DNA from: an uncultured Chloroflexia bacterium
Lineage (GTDB): Bacteria > Chloroflexota > Dehalococcoidia > DSTF01 > JALHUB01
Direction: 5' to 3'
Assembly (NCBI GenBank): GCA_963703345.1
Contig: OY969814.1
Coordinates: 896,001-960,000, forward strand
DNA length: 64,000 bases
The notes under the pieces are model-generated. The model was not told where the DNA came from and made no database searches. It worked only from the letters and a program-made list of their open reading frames with translations. The position numbers were made by a program, and so were the translations under genes. Below are positions 49,886-58,489 of the stretch, piece by piece; the stretch's first letter is position 1; each line of letters starts with the position of its first letter.

Positions 49886-51901
49886 TCAGTCGCCTCCGCG
49901 ACCCGCGCCGCCGGCTCCGGGGATAACGCCTCCACCTCCACCAAAGAACGCCCCCCCGCTCCCGGTTCGAGAAGGCGTGGCCTGGCTCGACGCCGTCGTC
50001 GACGTTGTCGTCGCGCCCGGGATGATTATCGTCTGTCCTTCTTCTAGGCCAGCCGTTATCTCGGTGTTCGTGCCGTTCGTGAGGCCGGTCTCTACCGTCT
50101 GACGGCCCGTGGAACCGTCGTCGTTCTGGACGTTGACGACCTCATTCCGGCCGTCGCGCTGGATTGCCGCGCTGGGCACCATGAGCACGTTCTGCGCCTG
50201 GTCGACGATGATTGTGACCGAGGCGTTCATGCCCGGCACCGGCTGCGGGCTGGCGGTCGCCTGGGCGCCCGGGGTAGCCTGTGCCTGGGGCTGCGACCCG
50301 GGTGTGGACGAAGCGGTCGGGCCCCCGGACTGCCCGTTCGCTGTCGCCCTGGCGCTCTGGCCGCTGACGATGTGCGCCTTCGCCTGGTAGGTCACTACGC
50401 CCTGCGTCGTCGTCGCGTTCGTGCCTACGGAGTCGATGACGATGGGGAAGATCGTTCCCGTGATGGCATCGAATGTGGCGGTGCCACTCTGGCCAACCTT
50501 GACGTTGGGCAGATCCGACTCGCCGACGCTCACGTTCAGTACGAGAGCGTTCGGTGTGTTAAGGACGATCGCCGAGGTCGAACTGCTGGATGCGCTGGAC
50601 GTTCCCCCCGATCCTACCGTATCCCCCACATTGATGTTCAGGGCGGCGACGGTCCCGTCGAACGGCGCGACGATCTGCGCGTTTTGCAGGTTCTTCTCCG
50701 CTTCGTTGACGCCGATCCGGGCCAGCGTGACCTGGTCGTTCTGCGACGCAATGTCCTCCGGCGTGGAGCCCTGGTACGTGGTGTCACGCTTCGACTGGGC
50801 CGCGGTCAGCGCGCTGTTGGCCGAGTCAACGGCTTGCTGCGCCTGGTTCACGTCGTCAGCCGCGGGATTGGTGAGCGCCGCCAGCTTGCTATTTGCCGTC
50901 TGGAGCCCGAGTTGCGCCGACTGGACGCTGGCATCCGCTACAGACACGTCGTTGCTGTCGGGGCCGCTGCCAAGCTTGTCGAGATTGTCTCTGGCGGTCT
51001 GAAGAGTGTTGCTGGACGTCACGTAAGCCGAATTCGCCGTCAGAATAGCGGACGCAGCAGATGGCGTGCATCCCGCCGGCGTCTCGGTAGGGGAACCCGA
51101 AGACGGACCGCTTGCAACGATGTCGTTCAGGTCGTTCCGCTCCGACGAGGAAATTGGCACCGAGTTTGCCGAGGGGAAGATGTCTGGACAGGCCGTCTCC
51201 GCTCCCTCCAGCTTGGCTTCGGCCGAAGACAGGTCGTTCTTCGCGTTGTCGACTGCTTTCTGGGCGGCGCTCTTGCTGTCGCTCCAGTTCGTGTCGAGCG
51301 CCGATCGGGCCTGCTGCGCCTTCGTCAACTGCGACTGAGCCGAGAGCACCGCCTGTTGCGCTGCGCTCACGGCGTCGCTGGTCGGATTGTACAGGTCTTG
51401 CAGAGCGGTGTTGGCCTTGTCCAGGTTCGATTGCGCCTGGATGACCGCTTGGTCGGCGGAAGCGAGTTCATCGGCGGTGCTGCCCTGGAGCATCGTGTTC
51501 AGCTTCGTCTGAGCCTCGTTCAGGCTCACCTGCGCCCGCGTGACGGCGTCCTTGAGCGTCTGCGAGTCCATCTGCGCCACCACGTCGCCTTGCTTGACCG
51601 CCTGGCCGACTTTGACGTTCACGGCGGTGACGAGCCCCGACTGGCCGAAGGAAAGGTTGGCGGTCGACTGCGAAGCTGCCGTCGCGCTGGTGCTTATCGT
51701 CTTCGTGATCGTGCCGCGCGTCACCTTGGCCGTCTGCGTCTGCGCCGCCGTCGACCCGCCGTCGCGCAGCATGGTCGCCCACAGCGTCGCAACGACGGCG
51801 ATGACCAGCGCTGCGGCCACCGCGAGCAGTATGAGTCGCCTGCGCCAGCGATGGCCGCCTTCGTCGAGGAAGTCGTCATAGTCTTCAGTTGCGTTCGTCA
51901 T
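49886..51901 (-). CDS. HlyD/MacA-family membrane fusion (adaptor) protein with long coiled coil
   Basis: TM; VNVKVGQAVKQGDV and IVAPFDGTV lipoyl halves; PGMNASV, VETGL. Confidence 0.88.
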   Translation of the reverse strand: MTNATEDYDDFLDEGGHRWRRRLILLAVAAALVIAVVATLWATMLRDGGSTAAQTQTAKVTRGTITKTISTSATAASQSTANLSFGQSGLVTAVNVKVGQAVKQGDVVAQMDSQTLKDAVTRAQVSLNEAQTKLNTMLQGSTADELASADQAVIQAQSNLDKANTALQDLYNPTSDAVSAAQQAVLSAQSQLTKAQQARSALDTNWSDSKSAAQKAVDNAKNDLSSAEAKLEGAETACPDIFPSANSVPISSSERNDLNDIVASGPSSGSPTETPAGCTPSAASAILTANSAYVTSSNTLQTARDNLDKLGSGPDSNDVSVADASVQSAQLGLQTANSKLAALTNPAADDVNQAQQAVDSANSALTAAQSKRDTTYQGSTPEDIASQNDQVTLARIGVNEAEKNLQNAQIVAPFDGTVAALNINVGDTVGSGGTSSASSSSTSAIVLNTPNALVLNVSVGESDLPNVKVGQSGTATFDAITGTIFPIVIDSVGTNATTTQGVVTYQAKAHIVSGQSARATANGQSGGPTASSTPGSQPQAQATPGAQATASPQPVPGMNASVTIIVDQAQNVLMVPSAAIQRDGRNEVVNVQNDDGSTGRQTVETGLTNGTNTEITAGLEEGQTIIIPGATTTSTTASSQATPSRTGSGGAFFGGGGGVIPGAGGAGRGGD

Positions 51902-51994
51902 CGTTGAATCCTCCTTGCGTGCGGGCCCCTCCGCCCGCTGCTAACGCTGAGGCCTGCCATCTAAGAGAAGGTTAGCGCCGAGTCGGATGCGAAG

Positions 51995-52012
51995 GTGTTG
52001 CCAAAATGTAAC
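51995..52012 (-). promoter_or_regulatory. Direct-repeat operator GTTACA-N5-GCAACAC, copy 1 (upstream of the adaptor/ABC operon)
   Basis: Same motif at 54163-54180; followed after 20 nt by TAACCT (-10-like). Confidence 0.6.
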
Positions 52013-52014
52013 AA

Positions 52015-54093
52015 TTAGCCGGCGGGAGCTAGCTGACGAAGCGCGTCCCCTTTGCCAGCGCAATCGTAGAGGACGCCCTGGTAACCGGAAGGCGCGTTGC
52101 TGACCGCCGTGCAGACGTCCTGGACCGCGGCCACAACCGCGTTAGGTCCCGTCGTTGCTCCAAAGAATCCGTTGGGGAGCGCACCTGCCCCGCCGTTTGC
52201 GGACCGTCCGTCGCGCTGGTTGGGAGGCGCTGCGCCAAACGACCGGCCGGCAAACTCGCCGGAGCCGCTGGTCAGCACGTAGCGAACCGCGTCGGAGCGC
52301 ACCAGGTCAGAGAAGCTGGCGATGGAGATCGCGTTGTCCGTCCCCATGAACCCGCCCATCGCCATCACGGACACGTTGTACTGGGCAATGAGGCGCGACG
52401 CGTTCTGCGAGCTCGTTACCGCCAGTTGCCAGGTCGCCGAGGGGTCGCGATGCGCCTGCAGCCATGCCGCAAGCTGAGCCGCGCCGCTGTCGAATGCCTG
52501 CGAACCGAAGGTGCCGCCGGACGCCCCTTGCTGCGGTCCCGCCTGCGGCAACGTTGTGTTGAGGGATGGGTTCACTGCCGCGCTCACCGACCAGGCCGCC
52601 GGCAGGAGCAGGAGCCCGACCAGGCTCAGGGCCATGCCCGCAACGACGGGAAGTCGACGGAACGCGAGGACGGCGACGACCGCCACTCCGGCAAGCGCGG
52701 TGACGACGGTCAGAGGCCGGACCCAGCCGTAGAAGTCCGGCGTGCGTCCTTCGATGTGTAGCTGCGTCCAGAGCGTCAGGGCAACCAGGCCGATCGCAAT
52801 TAGCAGCCAGCGTCGATCGCGGCGGACGGCTCTTGCCGTCGCGACGGCGCCCACGCCGACTGCTGCTGCAACGCCGGGCGCCAGCGCGGAAGTGTAGTAG
52901 CTGTGGTAGGTCCCCTGCGCATAGGAGAAGACGCCTCCATACAGGAGGACCCAGCCCAGGAACAACGCCGCGAAGGCGCGTCGGACGGGATCGCGACGCC
53001 AGTGCCAGAACGCGACCAGCCCGCCGCCGAGCGCGAACGGCAGCAGCCAGCCGATCTGGCCGCCGTTCGCAGTGTCGAACATTCTCAGCGAGCTGGGAAT
53101 GCCGCCGATGATCCCGCCGGCGCCGCGGAAAGCGCCGAACGCGCCGCCGTTTCCATTACGCGACGGCTGATTCGTCGGCATTTGTGGCTGCCTGCCGGCG
53201 TTGAACACTGGCCCGGCTCGTCCTCCTCCTCCCTGGTTCGCGCCATCGACCCGCCCGAAACCGTTGTAGCCCAGGGCAAGGTCCAGCACGGTATTGTTGG
53301 TGCTGCCGCCGATGTACGGCCGCTGCGACGCCGGCCAGGCATCGACTACAACCATCCAGGAAGCAGAGACGACCAGCGTTACAGCTCCTAGTACCGCCAG
53401 TTGACCCCCCAGCCGTCGAATCGATGTGCGGGAGACGGCCGAAACGCCCACGACGAGGGCCAGCGGGAGCGCCGGTCCCGGAATCCAGCCGTCGAGCATC
53501 TTGATGTTGAAGGCGACACCGGCGAGAAAGCCGGCGAGCGCCGTCCAGGCCCACCAGCGCCGGCTCTCCAGCGATCGCAGCGTCGCGCCCGCCGCGCCGA
53601 TCAGGGCGAGCATGAGGAACGGCTCGGGAAGGTTCAGCCGGTTGACAGCGACCGATATCGGCGTCAGCGCCAGGACCAGGCCGGCTATCGTCGCTGCCAT
53701 CAGGCCGAAGTAGCGGCGCACGATCAGCCATAGCAGCCCCACGCTCGCGATGCCGGCCACGGCGCTGGGAAGAAGGATTGACCAGCTCGAATAGCCGAAG
53801 ACGCGGGCGGAAAGAGCTCCTACCCACAGGAACACGGGCGGCTTGTCGACCGTGATGAACCCGCCCGGATCGTACGAGGCGAAGAAGAAGTTGCGCCAGC
53901 TTTGCGTCATGCTGCGAACGGCGGCGGCGTAGAAAGTGTTGCCGTAGCCGTTGTCGGTCAGATTCCAGACGTAGAGGACCGTAGCCAGGGCGAGAACGCT
54001 GGCCAGCGCCCCCACGTCGAGCGATATCGCCGGAATCCAGGCGGCTTTCTCGACGGCCCGTTTGCGTTCGTATGGTTCGTCTATCGCGGACAT
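52015..54093 (-). CDS. GT39/ArnT-like (YkcB-type) polytopic glycosyltransferase
   Basis: GNTFYAAAVRSM, ITVDKPP, FNIKML, RPYIGGS..GYNG, HSYYT, MAMGGFMG. Confidence 0.88.
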   Translation of the reverse strand: MSAIDEPYERKRAVEKAAWIPAISLDVGALASVLALATVLYVWNLTDNGYGNTFYAAAVRSMTQSWRNFFFASYDPGGFITVDKPPVFLWVGALSARVFGYSSWSILLPSAVAGIASVGLLWLIVRRYFGLMAATIAGLVLALTPISVAVNRLNLPEPFLMLALIGAAGATLRSLESRRWWAWTALAGFLAGVAFNIKMLDGWIPGPALPLALVVGVSAVSRTSIRRLGGQLAVLGAVTLVVSASWMVVVDAWPASQRPYIGGSTNNTVLDLALGYNGFGRVDGANQGGGGRAGPVFNAGRQPQMPTNQPSRNGNGGAFGAFRGAGGIIGGIPSSLRMFDTANGGQIGWLLPFALGGGLVAFWHWRRDPVRRAFAALFLGWVLLYGGVFSYAQGTYHSYYTSALAPGVAAAVGVGAVATARAVRRDRRWLLIAIGLVALTLWTQLHIEGRTPDFYGWVRPLTVVTALAGVAVVAVLAFRRLPVVAGMALSLVGLLLLPAAWSVSAAVNPSLNTTLPQAGPQQGASGGTFGSQAFDSGAAQLAAWLQAHRDPSATWQLAVTSSQNASRLIAQYNVSVMAMGGFMGTDNAISIASFSDLVRSDAVRYVLTSGSGEFAGRSFGAAPPNQRDGRSANGGAGALPNGFFGATTGPNAVVAAVQDVCTAVSNAPSGYQGVLYDCAGKGDALRQLAPAG

Positions 54094-54162
54094 AGCTCGA
54101 ATCTCCGCTCGTCGTGTCCCTGCCGGGTTCGATCTCATTATCGCGGGCGACTCTCAGCCAAT

Positions 54163-54180
54163 GTGTTGCGAGATTGTAAC
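54163..54180 (-). promoter_or_regulatory. Direct-repeat operator GTTACA-N5-GCAACAC, copy 2 (upstream of GT39)
   Basis: Same motif at 51995-52012; followed after 20 nt by GATAAT. Confidence 0.6.
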
Positions 54181-54276
54181 GATACGCCGAGTCCGCTGCG
54201 CCTAACATGACTGAGGGTGTATTATCTGCCGGAGGCGGCGCCTCAGACTCGTATCGCCATCGAGGAGGAAATCGCA

Positions 54277-55752
54277 TTGCGGATAAAGACCGGACTAGTC
54301 GTCCCGATTCTCGCGCTTCTTGCCCTCTTCCTTCCCGGCTGCATGTGGGGCGTCGTCCGCGACGCCGGTACTGGTGTCGGCATCGAGGGCGCGACGGTAT
54401 CGTACACCGATTCGCAAGGCAACACGGGCTCGACGACGAGCACGACCTTCGGCCTCTACCTCCTCAACGCTTCGACGGGCTTCCCGGTAATCGGGTCGTC
54501 GCAGTTCGACGTCAGCGCTCCCGGTTACTCGACGCTCACAACTACCCGATCCGTCCTCTACGACGACAACCCCAACGCCACGCTGGCCGACCTGTCGAGC
54601 TTCTGGGAAGTGCAGTCCTTCGATCTCAATGTGGGAAACGGGGCGGGAATCATCAATAGTCTCGCCAGCGGCCTTCATTTCCCGGTCGGCGCCGTATATG
54701 ACAGCCATGGCAACCTCTACTTCAGCGAACGCGACACTTGCAGCGTGCGCAGGATAGGCGCCAGCAGCGGCAGGATCACGACCGTCGCCGGCGACGGGAC
54801 CTGCGGCTTCTCCGGCGACGGCGGTCCCGCGACTGACGCCGAACTGGCCGACCCCAGCGGCCTCGCCATCGCGCCCAACGGCGATATCGCCATCGCCGAC
54901 ACCACCAACTGCCGTGTGCGTCGGGTCAACATGGCCACGGGCACTATTAGCACGGTCGCCGGCAACGGTACCTGCGGCTTCAGCGGCGACGGCGGCGACG
55001 TCACGCTCGCCCAGATCGCGCTTTCCGCTGCCGCCGTTCCCAGCTTGTTCGTCTGGTCGGACGTCGCCTTCGATTCCGGCGGCAACCTTTACATCGCCGA
55101 TATCTTCAACTGCCGCATCCGCGAAGTTGCGGGCGGCACGATCTCGACGATCGCCGGCTCGGGTGCCACGGGTTTCACTTGCGGCGCCTTCTCCGGCGAC
55201 GGCGGCCCGGCCACCAGCGCCCGCCTCGACCAGCCAAGCGGCGTCGCCGTCAACGCCGACGGCGACGTGTTCATCGGCGAGCTGGGCGGCTGCCGGGTGC
55301 GCAAGGTCTTGCATAATCGCGCCCACATGATTCAGACGATTGCCGGCGGCGCCATTTGCGCGTCGTCGGGTGACGGCGGTCCTGCAGCGGATGCCGGCCT
55401 CGCCAACGTCCGCGGCCTTGCCCTCGACGCTGCGGACAACGTCTACATCTCCCAATTCCGCTTCAACACCAGCGACCCAACGCAAATGCTCGACTGCGAA
55501 GTGCGCAAGATCGACGAGAATGACGGAAAAATCAGGCGTGTCGCGGGCAACGGCGCCTGCGGCGCCAGCGGCGATGGCGGCGCGGCGATAACGGCGCAGA
55601 TCAACGTGCCGGGCGACGTCGCGCTGGCCTGCAACGGCGACGTCGCCTTCACCGACGCGCTGGATGGCCGCGTCCGCGTGGTGAAGGACGTCAACGACGG
55701 TGGCCCGGCGCCTGACGCCGACGGCAACGGCACCGGCGACATCTGCGAATAG
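54277..55752 (+). CDS. NHL-repeat (teneurin-like beta-propeller) lipoprotein
   Basis: TTG start after GAGGAGG; lipobox LPGC; repeated TVAGxGTCGFSGDGGPA..L..P.G.A and IAD..NCRVR; C-terminal DADGNG. Confidence 0.82.
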   Translation: MRIKTGLVVPILALLALFLPGCMWGVVRDAGTGVGIEGATVSYTDSQGNTGSTTSTTFGLYLLNASTGFPVIGSSQFDVSAPGYSTLTTTRSVLYDDNPNATLADLSSFWEVQSFDLNVGNGAGIINSLASGLHFPVGAVYDSHGNLYFSERDTCSVRRIGASSGRITTVAGDGTCGFSGDGGPATDAELADPSGLAIAPNGDIAIADTTNCRVRRVNMATGTISTVAGNGTCGFSGDGGDVTLAQIALSAAAVPSLFVWSDVAFDSGGNLYIADIFNCRIREVAGGTISTIAGSGATGFTCGAFSGDGGPATSARLDQPSGVAVNADGDVFIGELGGCRVRKVLHNRAHMIQTIAGGAICASSGDGGPAADAGLANVRGLALDAADNVYISQFRFNTSDPTQMLDCEVRKIDENDGKIRRVAGNGACGASGDGGAAITAQINVPGDVALACNGDVAFTDALDGRVRVVKDVNDGGPAPDADGNGTGDICE

Positions 55753-55780
55753 GCTTTCCTTGTCCTGTCCCCCGACCCCT

Positions 55781-55809
55781 TTGCCTCCTTCGGGCTTCGA
55801 TGCTAAGAT
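55781..55809 (+). promoter_or_regulatory. Putative sigma70 promoter of the uORF-DCCP operon
   Basis: TTGCCT-N17-TAAGAT with an extended TG; implies a leader of about 355 nt. Confidence 0.5.
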
Positions 55810-55919
55810 GAGCGCACGTCAGAGCGATTCGAGGACAAGCGTTGCCTCTATTGACTGCCTCCGACGACATGACAAACGTCGCTCTAACCCCGCAACGGAT
55901 AGGGAAGGGGGTGAAGCCA

Positions 55920-56024
55920 ATGACCTCATTGCGCGGCTTCACCTGAGTCTGCCCGGACGTGGCACAGGTTCTGCGCCCGTCATCGCTCACGCCGCACCCT
56001 GTCCGTAGGCCTCACTCCCGCTAA
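55920..56024 (+). CDS. Candidate 34-aa selenocysteine-containing leader peptide MTSLRGFTUVCPDVAQVLRPSSLTPHPVRRPHSR
   Basis: SD AAGGGGGTGA, ATG 55920, in-frame TGA 55944-55946 in a U-x-C context, SECIS-like hairpin, TAA 56022-56024. Confidence 0.55.
55956..55981 (+). promoter_or_regulatory. Candidate bacterial SECIS element of the leader ORF
   Basis: GACG(U bulge)GGC-A-CAG[GUU]CUG-C-GCC-CGUC; 21 nt between TGA and loop; CAGGUUCUG resembles the E. coli fdhF SECIS apex CAGGUCUG. Confidence 0.55.
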
Positions 56025-56170
56025 CCTCCCGCTTCCCAGGGTCGGTCGAGCCACTTAGCGAGACAGCCTGCTCTCACTGGGTTGAGCGCTGCTGTCCAGC
56101 GCGGCACTGTCACGCTCCGGCAAGAACGCCATCCATCCGCTTCCAGCATTCGCTATTAAGGAGGATTATC

Positions 56171-57445
56171 GTGGTCGATTATCGAGAAATGTGGTCGGGT
56201 CTCGGCCTTAACCTGCAAAGGCACGATGAGCTGCTCGCCGGCCTCTCGGCCATGTACGGCGAGATGTTCCTCAGTCAGCGCGCGCGTCCCAAGGCCATGG
56301 ACTACTTCGACTTCGTCGTCAGTGAGATACACGGCCTGAGAGTGAAAGAGCTGGTGGACTATCGCGCGGCCGGCGGCAAGGTCGTCGGGCTCTACTGCGT
56401 GTTCGTCCCGGAGGATGTTGTGCTGGCCGCGAGCGCCGTGCCCATCGGCCTGTGCGCGGGTGCCCAATTCGCCGTCCCCGACGCGGAGGAAGTCCTGCCC
56501 CGCAACAGTTGCCCGCTCGTCAAGTCGTCCTTCGGCTTCAAAGTGAACCGGACCTGCCCTTACATCCAGGCCAGCGACTTCGTCGTCGGGGAGACGACCT
56601 GCGACGGCAAGAAGAAGATGTATGAGTTGCTTTCCGAGCTGCATCCCATGCACGTCATGGAGGTGCCGCAGAAGAAGACGGCGTTCGGCCGCGCGCTCTT
56701 CCTCGATGAGCTGAAGGCGTTCGTGCTTCGGCTGGAGGAAGAGACGGGCCGAAAGATCACCGCCGAGGGACTCGCGAAGGCTACGAGTGTCACCGAGGGC
56801 AAACGCCGCGCCCTGAAGCGCCTACAGGCCGTCCGAAAGGCCCGCCCGGCACCCATCAGCGGCCTCGACGCCCTGCTTATCACCCAGATCGCTTTCTACG
56901 ATGACAATGTTCGCTTCACCGAGAAGGTCAACGTCCTCTGCGACGAGCTGGAGGCCCGCGTCGCTGCGGGAGAGGGCGTGGCGCCGGCGAACGCGCCGCG
57001 CATCCTCGCGAGCGGCAGCCCGATGGCCGTGCCCAACTGGAAGCTCCACCACATCCTGGAGCAGAGCGGCGCCGTCGTCGTCGGCGAGGAGTCATGCACC
57101 GGAACGCGCTACTTCGATCGCCTGACGCCTTCCCACGACGGCACGCTCGACGGTCAGCTTGCGGCCATCGCGGACCGACAGCTCGACGTCCACTGCGCCT
57201 GCTTCACGCCCAACAGCGAGCGGCTGGATGACATCGTCAACCTGGCGCGCGGGTGGTCGGCCGACAGCGTGGTGCACTACGCGCTCCAGTTCTGCCACAC
57301 CTTCGCCAACGAAGCGGTGAAGGTGGAGCGGCGACTGGCGTCGGAAGGAATCCCGCTCCTGCGCATCGAGACCGACTACAGCGACGAGGATATCGGCCCG
57401 CTTCAGACGCGGGTGGACGCGTTCCTGGAGATGATCCGGAGGTGA
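56171..57445 (+). CDS. Double-cubane cluster-containing anaerobic reductase (DCCP; 2-hydroxyacyl-CoA dehydratase-like fold)
   Basis: YREMW..L.L..HD N-terminus, RPKAMDYFDFVVSEIHGLRVKEL, YCVFVPE, GLCAG, RNSCPL, GETTCDGKKK, EESCTG, HCACF, QFCH. Confidence 0.88.
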   Translation: MVDYREMWSGLGLNLQRHDELLAGLSAMYGEMFLSQRARPKAMDYFDFVVSEIHGLRVKELVDYRAAGGKVVGLYCVFVPEDVVLAASAVPIGLCAGAQFAVPDAEEVLPRNSCPLVKSSFGFKVNRTCPYIQASDFVVGETTCDGKKKMYELLSELHPMHVMEVPQKKTAFGRALFLDELKAFVLRLEEETGRKITAEGLAKATSVTEGKRRALKRLQAVRKARPAPISGLDALLITQIAFYDDNVRFTEKVNVLCDELEARVAAGEGVAPANAPRILASGSPMAVPNWKLHHILEQSGAVVVGEESCTGTRYFDRLTPSHDGTLDGQLAAIADRQLDVHCACFTPNSERLDDIVNLARGWSADSVVHYALQFCHTFANEAVKVERRLASEGIPLLRIETDYSDEDIGPLQTRVDAFLEMIRR

Positions 57446-58203
57446 CTTACGCAGGGCTGGACATCGGGTCGCGCACGATCGTCCTGACCGAGCTGACGGG
57501 CGGATCGGTACGCTCGCGCATCATCGACACGGGTCCCGACCCGTTGGAGCGCTGTCGCCGCCTGCTGGACGGCGCGAGCTATCGTCGCCTTGTCGCCACC
57601 GGCTACGGGCGTCATCTCGCAAAAGGGGTCCTCGCCGATTCCGCTGTCTCTGAGATCACCGCTTATGCCGTCGGCGCGCGTCACCTGTACGCCGACTGCC
57701 ATGCGGTGGTCGACGTCGGCGGCCAGGACTGCAAGGTCGCGCTCATGGCGAGCGACGGGACGGTGCAGAAATTCGAGATGAACGACCGCTGCGCCGCCGG
57801 CACGGGCCGCTTCCTTGAGGTGATGGCGCGGGCGCTGGACGTGGACATCGCTTCCCTCGGCGGGCTGGCGCTCGGAGCCACGACGAAGGTTGCGATAAGC
57901 AGCCTCTGCACCGTCTTCGCCGAGTCGGAAGTCGTCTCCCTCATCGCCCGTGGCGAGGACAGCGCCGCGATTGCCCTCGGGCTGCACGAGTCTATCGCCC
58001 AACGAATCGGCGGCATGTGCCGAAGGGTTGGGATAAGGGACCGAGTCATTTTCGCCGGCGGGGGCGCGCTGAACGTGTGCCTGCGGGAGCTGCTGGGACG
58101 CAGGCTCGGCGTCGAGCTGACCGTGCCGGACGAGCCGCAGGCGGTCGGAGCGCTGGGGGCGGCCCTAATCGCTAAGGCGCAGGACGGCCGGGAAGGCGGC
58201 TGA
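57442..58203 (+). CDS. ATP-dependent [4Fe-4S] activator (DCCP reductase / HgdC-BadF ASKHA family)
   Basis: GLDIGSRT, TGYGR, DVGGQD, MNDRCAAGTGRFLE, SSLCTVFAESE; GTGA coupling. Confidence 0.92.
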   Translation: MTYAGLDIGSRTIVLTELTGGSVRSRIIDTGPDPLERCRRLLDGASYRRLVATGYGRHLAKGVLADSAVSEITAYAVGARHLYADCHAVVDVGGQDCKVALMASDGTVQKFEMNDRCAAGTGRFLEVMARALDVDIASLGGLALGATTKVAISSLCTVFAESEVVSLIARGEDSAAIALGLHESIAQRIGGMCRRVGIRDRVIFAGGGALNVCLRELLGRRLGVELTVPDEPQAVGALGAALIAKAQDGREGG

Positions 58204-58205
58204 AC

Positions 58206-58487
58206 TCAGGACCGGGCGACACCGGCCTCGGAGAGCAGGACTCGCGCCTTGTCCGTGAGCTGCCAGATGGTCGGGCCGGACGCTTCGTCGCAGGCTGGTG
58301 TGCGCATCGAGCAGCGGGCGCAGACGCTCGACGCCGCGCGGGAGGCGCAGCTCAGGTAGCCCTCGCTGCCGAGTCGCGCCAGCAGGTCGCCGACCAGCGG
58401 CGACGGGACGTTCAGTTCGCGTGCCAGCGTCTCGCTGGACCACGTCCGGTCGCCGTCGGCAAGGAGCGCGAGCAATCGCTTGAGCAT
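58206..58487 (-). CDS. feoC: FeoC-like winged-helix protein
   Basis: LARELNVPSPLVGDLLARL..EGYL plus C..CARC..C; directly downstream of feoB. Confidence 0.7.
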   Translation of the reverse strand: MLKRLLALLADGDRTWSSETLARELNVPSPLVGDLLARLGSEGYLSCASRAASSVCARCSMRTPACDEASGPTIWQLTDKARVLLSEAGVARS

Positions 58488-58489
58488 CG

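Noticed and set aside
55885-55945. Cobalamin riboswitch (AGGGAA..GGTGAA, CCCCGCAAC)
   Set aside because: The conserved blocks are in the wrong order and no B12-box is visible.
55960-55974. sigma54 -24/-12 promoter match TGGCACAGGTTCTGC
   Set aside because: Spacing fits, but -12 is CTGCG rather than TTGCA/T, no enhancer-binding protein gene is nearby, and the same bases form the SECIS-like hairpin. Kept only as a weaker alternative to be settled by TSS mapping.
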